NCBI GenBank assembly: GCA_023265105.1
Contig: JAHFUJ010000002.1
Coordinates: 16,877-54,250 of the forward strand
Source of the DNA: Acidobacteriota bacterium
GTDB lineage: Bacteria; Acidobacteriota; Vicinamibacteria; Vicinamibacterales; CAVVIG01
DNA length: 37,374 bases
Direction of reading: 5' to 3'
Below are positions 1 to 9,435 of the stretch, one piece after another. The position numbers and the translations under genes were made by a program. Numbering within the stretch: position 1 is the first letter of the stretch; every line of letters begins with the position of its first letter. The notes under the pieces are model-generated. The model was not told the origin of the DNA. It worked only from the letters and a program-made list of their open reading frames with translations, and did not search any database.

Positions 1-1554
1 ATCTGGCCGACACCGGCTATTCGCTGGCAAGGCGAGTTGTCCATCGAGCTCGCGGTTTGTCTGCTCGCCTTGTTGGCTGTGACGCGCTGGCTCGGCCCAC
101 CGTCGCGCGCCGCGCTTGTTGGACTGAGTGGGTTGTGGATGCTGCTGGTGATCGGGCGCTACGGGGACGTGACGGCACGCACGTTGTACGGCCGCGATGT
201 CAATCTCTATTGGGATCTGCGATTCGTCCCCGCCGTCACCGCGCTGCTGGCCCGTGCTGCGCCGATGCGGCTCGTCCTGTTGGTGAGCGCTGCCGCTTTG
301 TCGGTCCTCATCCTGCTGTACGTACTCGTCCGGTGGGCCCTGGGTCGCGTCGGCGAGGGGATGGCGAATTCTGGCGAGCGGCGTGCCCTCGGCGTGGTGG
401 GGGCAGCCGCTGCGATGCTGTTCGTTGGCCAATACCTCAGCGCTCGCGTTCCGGCCAGGCCCGTCTTCACGATGCCGGTGACCCAGACCTACGCGCGGCA
501 GCTTCGGCTCGTGACCGAAGCGCTCACCGGTTCGAAGTCGCTCGCCGCCAGCCCGGCGATGGATTCCGATCTTGCGCGCGTGAAGGGCGCGGATGTCTTT
601 CTGATCTTCCTCGAGTCTTACGGCGCCGTCACGTACGATCGGCCGGAGTTCGCGGCGCGCCTGGCGGCAGGTCGCGCGCAGTTCGAGTCGGCGATTCACG
701 CCACGAAGAGGGACGTGGTCTCGGCCTACGTCGAGTCGCCCACGTTCGGTGGGGTGTCGTGGCTGGCACACATCAGCCTGATGTCGGGCCTCGAGGTCCG
801 CGATCCGCAGACCAATGCCCTGCTGATGACCCAGAAGCGCGACACGCTGGTGCCGGCCTTCGCGCGTCACGGCTATCGCACCGTCGCGTTAATGCCCGGG
901 CTGTGGCAGAGGTGGCCGGAAGGGGCGTTCTATGGATTCGACGAGATCTATGGCGGTGCGCGGCTCGATTACCGGGGCCCCTCATTCGGGTGGTTCGACG
1001 TTCCGGATCAGTTTGCCATCGCCCGCTTCGACGCCCTCGAAGTCGGCCGGCCGGCGCGGGCGCCGCTTTTTCTGTTCTTCCCGACGATCAGCACGCACAC
1101 GCCGTACAGTCCGACGCCTCCGTATCAGCCCGACTGGCAGCGCATCCTGACGGATCGACCCTACGACGATGCAGATCTGGACCGCGCTTTCGCGCAGGAG
1201 GTCGACTGGTTGAATCTCGGGCCGAGCTACGCGGACGCCGTGTCGTACGCCTACGCCACGCTCGGCGGCTACCTTCGCGCGCGCGCGGATCGCGACTTTG
1301 TCATGATTCTCATCGGCGACCATCAGCCGCCGGCGCTGGTGAGCGGCGAGGGCGCCCCGTGGGACGTCCCCGTGCACGTGATCGCCAGTCGCCGGCCGCT
1401 CCTCGAGCGCCTCCTGGCCCACGGCTTCCGGCCGGGACTCGCGCCGACGCGTCCGGTCCTCGGCCGCATGCACACGTTGCTTCCGCTGCTGCTCGACGCC
1501 TTCGGCGACCGCGAGTCATCCATGAAGGGCCTCTCCAGTCGATCTGCCCCTTAA
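1..1554 (+). CDS. Membrane-anchored sulfatase/LTA-synthase-like (alkaline phosphatase superfamily) protein, 5' partial
   Basis: Frame is open from base 1. N-terminal TM helices precede a catalytic domain with FLESYG, SPTFGGVSW, STHTPY and IGDHQP metal-binding motifs. Confidence 0.75.
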   Translation: MWPTPAIRWQGELSIELAVCLLALLAVTRWLGPPSRAALVGLSGLWMLLVIGRYGDVTARTLYGRDVNLYWDLRFVPAVTALLARAAPMRLVLLVSAAALSVLILLYVLVRWALGRVGEGMANSGERRALGVVGAAAAMLFVGQYLSARVPARPVFTMPVTQTYARQLRLVTEALTGSKSLAASPAMDSDLARVKGADVFLIFLESYGAVTYDRPEFAARLAAGRAQFESAIHATKRDVVSAYVESPTFGGVSWLAHISLMSGLEVRDPQTNALLMTQKRDTLVPAFARHGYRTVALMPGLWQRWPEGAFYGFDEIYGGARLDYRGPSFGWFDVPDQFAIARFDALEVGRPARAPLFLFFPTISTHTPYSPTPPYQPDWQRILTDRPYDDADLDRAFAQEVDWLNLGPSYADAVSYAYATLGGYLRARADRDFVMILIGDHQPPALVSGEGAPWDVPVHVIASRRPLLERLLAHGFRPGLAPTRPVLGRMHTLLPLLLDAFGDRESSMKGLSSRSAP

Positions 1555-1564
1555 CCGTCAGCTA

Positions 1565-1593
1565 CGTAACGCGCGGGACTCATCGGCGTCTAA
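1565..1593 (+). promoter_or_regulatory. ECF-type promoter motif CGTAACG-N15-CGTC-TAA
   Basis: Matches the recurring motif; lies upstream of RBS AGGAGG and ATG 1624. Confidence 0.65.
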
Positions 1594-1623
1594 CACTCCG
1601 AGTATTGCTTTAGGAGGGAATAG

Positions 1624-2229
1624 ATGCGTGTAAGAACGACCGTCGGCGGAGCCGTGGCGGCGCTCAGTCTATGCACCGCGCAGGCATCGGCTCAAAGCCG
1701 ATTCGATGTCGGGCTGCTTCTCGGGTCAACACAAGCGAGCGATGAAGGATCGGTGCTGCAATTCGATCGAGGCACGACGTATCAAGCGACCTTCGCCTGG
1801 CGTGTCTGGCAAACCGATGGCGTCAATCTCTCTATCGAAGTACCGTTCATCGCGTCACCAGCCTTTACGGTGATCACACCAGGGCCCTCGCTGCCACTGG
1901 AGTACGCATCGCTGTATCTGACGCCAGGCGTTCGCGTGACCGTTGTGCCGAAAGCCGCGGTCTCGTTCTTTGGTGCCGTTGGCGTCGGTTACGCACGATA
2001 CTCTGAGTCGAAGCTCAAGGCCGACAGGACCGCAAACCCGAACCAGCGCGATACGAACGCCGGCGCCCTCCAGTTCGGAGGAGGCGTCGATGTACGCGGC
2101 TTCGGATGGCTGGGGTTCCGGGGCGAAGTGCGGGACGTCTATACAGGTGCGCGCAACTTCTCGATTCGGACGCCGGGCGCACGTGTGCACAACGTGATTG
2201 GCTCCGGCGGTCTCGTCGTCCGGTTCTAG
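1624..2229 (+). CDS. Outer-membrane beta-barrel protein
   Basis: Signal peptide (AQASAQ), alternating amphipathic strands, C-terminal Phe (GLVVRF), good RBS. Confidence 0.75.
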   Translation: MRVRTTVGGAVAALSLCTAQASAQSRFDVGLLLGSTQASDEGSVLQFDRGTTYQATFAWRVWQTDGVNLSIEVPFIASPAFTVITPGPSLPLEYASLYLTPGVRVTVVPKAAVSFFGAVGVGYARYSESKLKADRTANPNQRDTNAGALQFGGGVDVRGFGWLGFRGEVRDVYTGARNFSIRTPGARVHNVIGSGGLVVRF

Positions 2230-2240
2230 GAAACACGACC

Positions 2241-2831
2241 ATGCGGCACGGATTCCTCTTGCGTTGGGCCTTGGTTGCCGCCCTCGTCGGCATCTCCGCG
2301 GCCGCCCGTGCGGAAGCCGAGACTCGTCCGATCGATACCGAGCATTCAACGCTCACCGTGTTTGTGTACAAGTCAGGGCTCTTCTCCGCCTTTGCTGACA
2401 ACCATGTCATCAGCGCGCCGATCGCCAGCGGGTCGATTGCGGAGGGCGCGCCGCTGGGGATCGAGCTCGTGGTCCGTTCTGCCAATCTCCGGGTCCTCGA
2501 TCCGAATCTCTCGCCCGAGCGGCGCGCGGAAGTGCAGGCACGGATGCTCGGAGCAGAAGTCCTGGATGTCACGAGGTTTTCTGACATCACGTTTGCGTCC
2601 ACAGCAATTGACCCTGCGGGGGCCGATCGGTGGAAGGTGGCCGGCCGCCTGACGATACACGGTCAAACCAGAGTCATCACGTTCTCGGTCGTCCAGCTGA
2701 ATGGCAAATATCGTGGTGAAGTTCTCATCAAGCAACGCGACTTCGGCATCGAACCGATCAAGGTGGCAGGCGGAACCGTCAAGGTGAAAGACGAGCTGAA
2801 AATCCAGTTCGAAATTGTGGCCCCTGGCTAA
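2241..2831 (+). CDS. YceI family secreted lipid/polyisoprenoid-binding protein
   Basis: Signal peptide; IDTEHS, LDVTRFSDITF, GRLTIHGQT and QRDFGI motifs. Start taken at MRHGF. Confidence 0.85.
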   Translation: MRHGFLLRWALVAALVGISAAARAEAETRPIDTEHSTLTVFVYKSGLFSAFADNHVISAPIASGSIAEGAPLGIELVVRSANLRVLDPNLSPERRAEVQARMLGAEVLDVTRFSDITFASTAIDPAGADRWKVAGRLTIHGQTRVITFSVVQLNGKYRGEVLIKQRDFGIEPIKVAGGTVKVKDELKIQFEIVAPG

Positions 2832-3406
2832 TACGGCACGCCCTTGCGTCGGGCTTCGCGCAGCGCGTCGGCGTACCATTCCAGTTCGGCGGCGAATCTT
2901 CCGAATCGGCGGTCGAGCGCCTGATCGAGCGCCATTCCACTGTCGTCGACCGCGTTCTGAATCTTCGGGATCGGGAACAAGCTGGAGATGCTCGGCATGC
3001 CGAGCTCGCAGAGCATCGCCCGCAGCTGCATCGCCGCGCGCACCCCGCCGAATCCGCCGGTCGAGTAGCACACAATCGCGGACGGCCGGAAGAAATACTC
3101 CTCCAGGAAATGATCCAGCAGGTTGCTCAACGCGGGAGGGATGCTGTGGTTGTACTCGCCGCTTACGACGACAAACCCGTCAGCTGCCCGATAAAGCGTC
3201 GCGAGCTCTTCGAGAACCGCCGGCGCCTTGCCTTTCTCGTATTCCTTGTACATGCGATCCAGCAGCGGCAATTGCACAGCGACCGGATCGACAATTGCGA
3301 CTTCGTGGCCACGGGCCGCCAGAGACTTTTCGACGTACCGCGCGGCCTTGATGCCTTGCCGATCGGACCTCACGGAACCGACCAGCACCACGAGCTTCAG
3401 ACCCAT
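2828..3406 (-). CDS. NAD(P)H-dependent FMN reductase
   Basis: VLVGSVR, GEYNHSIPPALSNLLD and GGFGGVRA motifs. Start taken at MGLKL. Confidence 0.9.
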   Translation of the reverse strand: MGLKLVVLVGSVRSDRQGIKAARYVEKSLAARGHEVAIVDPVAVQLPLLDRMYKEYEKGKAPAVLEELATLYRAADGFVVVSGEYNHSIPPALSNLLDHFLEEYFFRPSAIVCYSTGGFGGVRAAMQLRAMLCELGMPSISSLFPIPKIQNAVDDSGMALDQALDRRFGRFAAELEWYADALREARRKGVPY

Positions 3407-5379
3407 TGCTGCTCGGCTTTTCCGGCTCGCGCTGCTCGTTTGGGCTCTGGAAGCACGACACGGTCGAGACGTAGCAGCTCGCCAAGCGACCACGCCTGGA
3501 AAGGACAGCCTCTTGGCTCAAACGGTGCTTCCGCGTCGGCAATTTCCGAGACGTGCCCAAGGCCGGCCGCCTGAAGATGCGGGAACAGCGGCTCCATGAA
3601 CCGCCGCCGTGCATCACGCCGTGCGGCGCTCGTATTGCCCCGGACTCGAACCCAGGCCTCGACGAACGGACCCATCAGCCATGGCCAAACGGTCCCCTGG
3701 TGATAGACAGCATCTCGCGCCGAAGAGTCGCCTTCATAGCGCGGCGCATAGCCCGGCTCACCAGGTGCCAGCGACCGCAGACCGAGGGGCGTCAGCAGCC
3801 GCTGCTCGACGGCGTCGACGATTCGTCGCGCGCGTTCTCCTTCGATCAACGCGAACGGCAGCCCTCCAACCGCGAGAATCTGGTTCGGTCGGAACGTGTC
3901 ATCGCGCGTACCGCGAACGTGGTCCACATCAACGACGTCAGCCAGGCGTCCGGTCTCCTCGTTCCAGAACCGATCGAGGAAGGAGGCTCGTCCTCTCTCG
4001 AATGGCTCGCGCCAGGTCGAATCAAGCTGCGATGCCATCGACAGCGCATTCAACCAGAGGGCCTGAACTTCCACCGGCTTTCCGATGCGGGGTGTGATGA
4101 CTCGATCGCCCACTCGTGCGTCCATCCAGGTGAGCTGAACGCCAGGCGCCCCTGCCGACAGCAGGCCGTCCGCGTCCATCCTGATGCCGAATCGAGTGCC
4201 GGCCGCATAACCGCTGACGATCTGCTTGACCGCGGACTCGAGCGCCTGCCGTTGTTCCGACGTGAGAAGCTTCGAACGGCTCGGGGCCAGCTGCAGCAGC
4301 TCGTGGACCGCGACGACGTACCACAAAGAGGCGTCGACAGAATTGAACTCGGGCGCTTCGCCGTGGTCGGGGAACCTGTTCGGCAGCATGCCCTCTGAAA
4401 CGGCTCCGGCCCATTCGACCAAAATATCGCGCGCGTCGCCGAGCCGGCCGGTGGCGAGGCACAGCCCACGAAGGGCGATGAATGTATCGCGGCCCCAGTC
4501 CGTAAACCACGGGTAGCCAGCGACAATCGTGCGCCCGGAGCCGCGCTGTACCAGATACGAATCCGCGGCGCGATCGAGAGGTGTCGCAAGACCCTTGCGT
4601 CGGCGGCGCTCCGCGACGCGCACGTCGCTCACGAGCCTCACGACATCGTCCGCCGTCCGCATCTCCGGCGCTGGGGCTGCAGCTGCCTTGAGAATCCAGA
4701 CCGCCTGCTCGCCAGGCCCGGACAGCGGCCAGCTGAACTCGCCTGGCGACGCGAGATCTTCCGTGTCGTCCAGGCCGCGTTCGCGCTCCGCGGTGTAGAG
4801 AAACTGGCGGTACCAATCCGGCGCGTGCCGATAATCGCCGTTCGACAGCGAGATCACGGCGGGAAGTCCGTCATATGGCCGGAAGGCGACGACCGCAGCA
4901 CTCCGGTCGGCGTCGAAGCGGAACGCCCCGTTTTGGTGATGCATCGAGTGATAGTCGCGGCCGGAGAAGAACGGTCTGACGCGCAGCACGACCGGGCCGT
5001 GGCCCCGCATCAGCGACCAGACCATGACGGTTGCGCCAATGCCGTGCTGAACAAGAAGCTCGTGGGTGATGCATGTTCCGTCCGGCGTTTCGAATTCCCA
5101 CGTGGGCCACGGATCGTGCGAGAAGGTCGTGATGCGCGACGCGCCATCTGGATGAACGACGCCCGGCGCATATCGCTGCGTCGATAACGCAAACGATCCG
5201 CCCGGCGTGTCAACCCATGCGTCGAAGCCGTTCACCAGCACCACTCTGCCTGTTGGGGGTGTGAGCGCCGTCAGCAGCAGCGCGTGATATCTGCGCGTCC
5301 GCACGCCAGAGGTCGTGCCGGACGCAAACCCGCCAAGGCCGTCGGCCTCGAGCCATTCCGTTCGATCGTCGATGTGCAT
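3397..5379 (-). CDS. Glycogen debranching enzyme (amylo-alpha-1,6-glucosidase, GDE_N + GDE_C)
   Basis: EWLEADGLGGFASGT, RRYHALL, AGYPWFTDWGRDTFI, QLTWMDA, YHQGTVWPW and GCPFQAWS motifs. Confidence 0.92.
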   Translation of the reverse strand: MHIDDRTEWLEADGLGGFASGTTSGVRTRRYHALLLTALTPPTGRVVLVNGFDAWVDTPGGSFALSTQRYAPGVVHPDGASRITTFSHDPWPTWEFETPDGTCITHELLVQHGIGATVMVWSLMRGHGPVVLRVRPFFSGRDYHSMHHQNGAFRFDADRSAAVVAFRPYDGLPAVISLSNGDYRHAPDWYRQFLYTAERERGLDDTEDLASPGEFSWPLSGPGEQAVWILKAAAAPAPEMRTADDVVRLVSDVRVAERRRRKGLATPLDRAADSYLVQRGSGRTIVAGYPWFTDWGRDTFIALRGLCLATGRLGDARDILVEWAGAVSEGMLPNRFPDHGEAPEFNSVDASLWYVVAVHELLQLAPSRSKLLTSEQRQALESAVKQIVSGYAAGTRFGIRMDADGLLSAGAPGVQLTWMDARVGDRVITPRIGKPVEVQALWLNALSMASQLDSTWREPFERGRASFLDRFWNEETGRLADVVDVDHVRGTRDDTFRPNQILAVGGLPFALIEGERARRIVDAVEQRLLTPLGLRSLAPGEPGYAPRYEGDSSARDAVYHQGTVWPWLMGPFVEAWVRVRGNTSAARRDARRRFMEPLFPHLQAAGLGHVSEIADAEAPFEPRGCPFQAWSLGELLRLDRVVLPEPKRAARAGKAEQQWV

Positions 5380-5381
5380 AG

Positions 5382-5624
5382 TCAGGGCCTTGAGGCGCGA
5401 AGATACGCGCCCTCTCGGTTCCTGAAGAGGAACCCTGTCGCCGTCAAACCGTCGAGAATCCGTTCGGAGGTCGCGCGATCGAGCGCCCAGAGTCGCGCGG
5501 CCTGGGCGGGCGTCAGCCGTAGTCCTGGCATCTCGAGAAATTCACTGCGAACGCGGTGCAACAGACGTGTGATGCTGTCCTCGTGTGTTGCCCGCTCGCC
5601 AAGGGGAGCCTCCAGCATCATCAT
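5382..5624 (-). CDS. Small conserved hypothetical protein, winged-HTH-like
   Basis: RVRSEFLEMPGLRLTPAQAARLW..GFL pattern; translationally coupled to ndh (ATGA overlap). Confidence 0.7.
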   Translation of the reverse strand: MMMLEAPLGERATHEDSITRLLHRVRSEFLEMPGLRLTPAQAARLWALDRATSERILDGLTATGFLFRNREGAYLRASRP

Positions 5625-6970
5625 CGCTTCACTTCAATTGGAACAGCCATCACCTCTTCCCCACGTGTCTCTGGCGGTTTGGCGTCCGGGATACGCATCG
5701 ACAGGACGGGCGCGCGAACGGTGAGGAACTGGACGAAATCCTTCGAGAACATCAGGTCGAGGGTCCAGTCGATGGCCACGCGACACTTCTTTTCGAACCG
5801 GGGCAACTTGCTGAGATAAATCGTCCGCCACAACCACCACGCCGGGAATCCCGAGAAGTTGAACCCGAAGATCCTTGCAACGCCGGTTCGACGGCCGATC
5901 GCGGCCAACTGCCCGATCGTACGAAAGTCGAATGCGACTGCTGCGCGCCCGCGCATCACAGCGGTGATGTTCGTCGCCACGGTTTTCGCCTCCCGCAACG
6001 CGTGCTGCGCCGTGGGAGGATGCGGCTTACCGGTGCGTCGATCGGGAACGACCGCGCAGTCGCCAAGCGCCCACACGCCCGGCCATCCGGGAACGGCGAG
6101 CGTTTCATCGACGACGATTCGCCCGCGGTCGAGGCCGCACGGCAGATCGTGAATCAGTGGATGCGGCGAGGTGCCGGCGGTCCAGACGACGAGCCGGCTC
6201 GGGATGTGCCGACCATCTTCGAGCGTCACCCCGAGCTCATCGACCCTCGCGACCTTCGCGTTGGTGATGATTTCGACGCCGCGTGCCGCCAGCTTCTTCT
6301 GCGCATAGGCGCCGAGTTTCTCGCCAAGCTCGGGGAGAATCACCGGGCCGGCGTGCACGAGGACCATGCGGATCCGGTCGGGGCTCAGCCGCGGGTAGAA
6401 CTTCAGGGCTTCGCGCACGAAGTCATTGACGCCGGCCAGCGTTTCGACACCCGCAAACCCACCGCCCGCAACGACAAACGTCAGCAGACCGTCACCTTTC
6501 GCGGCGCACTCGGTGTCGCCCTCTTCGAGGGTGGCAATGACCCGATTCCGCAAGTGAATCGCATCACCGAGCGTCTTCATCGTCAGGGCGCGCTGCTCGA
6601 GCCCCGGTAAGCCGTAGAAGTTGGTGATCGAACCCAAAGCGACGACGACGTGGTCGTACTCGAGCTCGTGGCTATGACGCTCGAACCCATGCGACACCAC
6701 GACGCGGCGCCGCCTGAGATCGACCGATTCCACGTCTCCAACGAACACGCTCGTCCGCCGGAGCAGCGTGCGAATAGGGCTGACGATGTGGGTGATGTCG
6801 AGGTCGCTGGCCGCGACCTCGTGAAGCATGGGGGTGAAGAGAAAGAAATTGTCGCGGCTGACGAGTGTGATCTCCACGTCAGGGTCGGCCCGGAGCGCTT
6901 TTTCGAGATGCAGGGCTGCATGGACGCCGCCAAAGCCCCCGCCGAGCACAAGAATTCGGGTCGTTGCCAC
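5621..6970 (-). CDS. ndh: Type II NADH dehydrogenase (NAD(P)/FAD oxidoreductase)
   Basis: GGGFGG FAD motif, FLFTPMLHEVA, second GGGFAGVE, ALGDCA, PPTAQHA and GQLAAIG. Confidence 0.88.
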   Translation of the reverse strand: MATTRILVLGGGFGGVHAALHLEKALRADPDVEITLVSRDNFFLFTPMLHEVAASDLDITHIVSPIRTLLRRTSVFVGDVESVDLRRRRVVVSHGFERHSHELEYDHVVVALGSITNFYGLPGLEQRALTMKTLGDAIHLRNRVIATLEEGDTECAAKGDGLLTFVVAGGGFAGVETLAGVNDFVREALKFYPRLSPDRIRMVLVHAGPVILPELGEKLGAYAQKKLAARGVEIITNAKVARVDELGVTLEDGRHIPSRLVVWTAGTSPHPLIHDLPCGLDRGRIVVDETLAVPGWPGVWALGDCAVVPDRRTGKPHPPTAQHALREAKTVATNITAVMRGRAAVAFDFRTIGQLAAIGRRTGVARIFGFNFSGFPAWWLWRTIYLSKLPRFEKKCRVAIDWTLDLMFSKDFVQFLTVRAPVLSMRIPDAKPPETRGEEVMAVPIEVKR

Positions 6971-6987
6971 GTTGGTTGCCTCGGCCG

Positions 6988-7016
6988 TTGGATGTCACGC
7001 CAGACCAAAGGTTTCA
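6988..7016 (-). promoter_or_regulatory. ECF-type promoter TGAAACC-N15-CATC-CAA for the ndh operon
   Basis: Minus-strand match just upstream of GTG 6970; divergent partner at 7026. Confidence 0.7.
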
Positions 7017-7025
7017 GGCCGCGAC

Positions 7026-7055
7026 CGAAACCTTCGAGGCGGAGCGGGCATCGAA
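7026..7055 (+). promoter_or_regulatory. ECF-type promoter CGAAACC-N16-CATC-GAA for the aquaporin-GMC-VOC operon
   Basis: Motif match ending a few nt before GTG 7064, implying a very short leader. Confidence 0.7.
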
Positions 7056-7063
7056 CGACCGAC

Positions 7064-7867
7064 GTGCGTACCCTCAGCCAACATTGGCCGGAATATGTGA
7101 TGGAGGCGGTTTGTCTGGGCCTGTTCATGGTGTCGGCGGCGGGTTTCGCCACCTTGCTGCAACACCCGCTGTCGCCGTTGTCGGCCTGGCGCGCGTCACC
7201 GCTGGTCCAGCGGATTCCGATGGGCCTCGCGATGGGGCTCACGGCGGCCGCCATCATTTATTCGCCCTTCGGCAGGCGTTCGGGGGCGCACATGAACCCG
7301 GCGCTCACCTTGACGTTTTTGCGGCTTGGCAAGGTCGCCCCCGCGGATGCGTTGGGTTACATCTCGGGACAATTCGTCGGGGGCACGGCTGGAATCATCG
7401 CGGCCGGCTGGTTGTTTCGTGGTCTTCCCGCGGACCCGTCGGTGAATTATGTCGCCACGGTGCCTGGCCCGGGCGGCCCGGCGGTTGCGTTCGTGGCAGA
7501 GGCCGCGATTTCGTTCGGCATGATGCTGATGGTGCTCCAAGTGTCGAACACTCCCCGCCTGGCCCGATTCACGGGTTTGTGCGCGGGCGCGCTTGTCGCA
7601 ACCTACATCACGCTCGAGGCGCCGTTCTCTGGCATGAGCATGAATCCTGCCCGGACACTGGGGCCTGCCATGTTGGCGCACACCGTACGGAGTCTCTGGA
7701 TCTATTTCACGGCGCCGCTCCTCGGCATGCTACTGGCCGCCGAGTCCTTCATCCGCATCCACGGCCACGCGCGCGTCAAGTGCGCAAAGCTTCACCATCC
7801 GCGCAACATCCCCTGCATCTTCAAGTGCAGCTACGGCATGGATCAAGAAACGGGAGCACTCGCATGA
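7064..7867 (+). CDS. Aquaporin/MIP family channel with Cys/His-rich C-terminal tail
   Basis: SGAHMNPA and GMSMNPAR NPA boxes, multiple TM helices, tail CAKLHHPRNIPCIFKC. Start (GTG) is approximate. Confidence 0.88.
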   Translation: MRTLSQHWPEYVMEAVCLGLFMVSAAGFATLLQHPLSPLSAWRASPLVQRIPMGLAMGLTAAAIIYSPFGRRSGAHMNPALTLTFLRLGKVAPADALGYISGQFVGGTAGIIAAGWLFRGLPADPSVNYVATVPGPGGPAVAFVAEAAISFGMMLMVLQVSNTPRLARFTGLCAGALVATYITLEAPFSGMSMNPARTLGPAMLAHTVRSLWIYFTAPLLGMLLAAESFIRIHGHARVKCAKLHHPRNIPCIFKCSYGMDQETGALA

Positions 7868-9435
7868 CGCACTACGACGTGATCATCATCGGCACGGGCG
7901 CAGGCGGCGGAACACTCGCCTACCACCTGGCCCCCTCGGGCAAGCGGATCCTGCTCCTCGAACGCGGCGACTACGTCCGCCGCGAAAAGGACAACTGGAG
8001 CTCCCGCGCCGTCAACGTCGACGGGAAGTACAACACGAAAGAAGTGTGGCAGGACAAAGACGGCAAGCCGCTCCATCCCCACACCAACTACTACGTCGGC
8101 GGAAACACGAAGTTCTACGGCGCGGCGCTGTTCCGGCTTCGCAAGGAAGACTTCGGGGAGATTCGGCACCACGGCGGCGTCTCGCCCGCCTGGCCGATCG
8201 CCTACGAGGAGATCGAGCCGTACTACACGAAGGCCGAATACCTGTATCAGGTTCACGGCGAGCGTGGAGTCGATCCGACGGAGCCGTGGGCCAGCGCGCC
8301 GTATCGATTTCCGGCGGTGCAGCACGAGCCGCGCATCCAGCAGCTTCACGATGACTTGTCGCGGCGCGGGCTGCGTCCCTTCCACGTCCCGCTCGGCATC
8401 TTGTTGGACGAATCGGACCCGCACAAGAGCCGCTGCATCCGATGCAACACGTGCGACGGGTTCCCGTGTTTGGTCCACGCAAAGAGTGACGCACAGGTGA
8501 TCTGCGTCGACCCGGCGCTCGAGCATCCGAACGTGACGCTCCTCACCAACGCGCGTGTGACGCGCCTGGTGACGAGCGCGTCGGGTCGCGAGGTGACGGG
8601 CGTGGCCGTCCAGCGCAACGGCACCGAAGAGACCTTTTCGAGTGACGTCGTCGTCTCGTCGTGCGGGGCCATCAATTCGGCCGCACTGCTGTTGCGTTCC
8701 GCCAACGATCGCCACCCGCGGGGTCTCGCGAACGGATCGGGCGTCGTCGGACGTCATTACATGGGGCACGTCAACTCGGTGCTGCTAGCCATTTCGAAAT
8801 CGCCGAACGCCACGGTGTTTCAGAAGACGCTCGGCGTGAATGACTTCTATCTCGGCGACGATGAGTTCAAGTACCCGATGGGCCACATTTCGTTTGTCGG
8901 AAAGTTGGACGCGATTGCCCTCTCCGCTGGTGCGCCGGCCATCGTGCCAGGAATGACGCTCGACATCATGGCGAAGCACTCGCTGGATTTCTGGCTCACC
9001 TCGGAGGACCTGCCCGATCCCGACAACCGCGTGACGCTCGACCGCGACGGCAACATTGTCTTGTCGTACACGCCGAACAACGACGAGGGCCACAAGCGTC
9101 TGATCAAGAAGCTGGAGTACCTCCTCCAGCACCTGGACATGCATCCGCACCTTGTGCCTCGGAATCTGTTCGTGGGCAATCGCATTCCACTCGCCGGCGT
9201 GGCGCATCAGAACGGCACGGTTCGGTTCGGGCGCGATCCGAACACGTCGGCACTCGATTCGAACTGCAAAGCGCACGAGCTGGATAACTTGTATGTCGTG
9301 GACGGCAGTTTCTTTCCGTCGAGCGGCGCGGTGAATCCGGCGCTGACGATTATGGCCAACGCCCTTCGGGTCGGAGATCACATTCTGGAGCGGTTTGGCG
9401 CGAAGACGAGTGTCGCGCAAGGAGCTGTCGCATGA
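7864..9435 (+). CDS. GMC family flavoprotein oxidoreductase
   Basis: YDVIIIGTGAGGG, VGGNTKFYG, CIRCNTCDGFPC, GAINSAALLL, AHQNGT and NPALTIMANALRVG. Start MTHYD overlaps the aquaporin stop. Confidence 0.92.
   Translation: MTHYDVIIIGTGAGGGTLAYHLAPSGKRILLLERGDYVRREKDNWSSRAVNVDGKYNTKEVWQDKDGKPLHPHTNYYVGGNTKFYGAALFRLRKEDFGEIRHHGGVSPAWPIAYEEIEPYYTKAEYLYQVHGERGVDPTEPWASAPYRFPAVQHEPRIQQLHDDLSRRGLRPFHVPLGILLDESDPHKSRCIRCNTCDGFPCLVHAKSDAQVICVDPALEHPNVTLLTNARVTRLVTSASGREVTGVAVQRNGTEETFSSDVVVSSCGAINSAALLLRSANDRHPRGLANGSGVVGRHYMGHVNSVLLAISKSPNATVFQKTLGVNDFYLGDDEFKYPMGHISFVGKLDAIALSAGAPAIVPGMTLDIMAKHSLDFWLTSEDLPDPDNRVTLDRDGNIVLSYTPNNDEGHKRLIKKLEYLLQHLDMHPHLVPRNLFVGNRIPLAGVAHQNGTVRFGRDPNTSALDSNCKAHELDNLYVVDGSFFPSSGAVNPALTIMANALRVGDHILERFGAKTSVAQGAVA

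Noticed and set aside
57-1613. 518-aa overlapping ORF and other long shadow ORFs (e.g. 5585-6610, 23150-24142, 29877-31016)
   Set aside because: Arg/Pro/Gly-rich alternate-frame or antisense ORFs typical of high-GC DNA, overlapping well-supported genes.
6964-7863. 823-aa ORF suggesting a long N-terminal extension of the GMC enzyme
   Set aside because: The extension is an alternate frame over the aquaporin; the FAD-binding motif starts right after ATG 7864.
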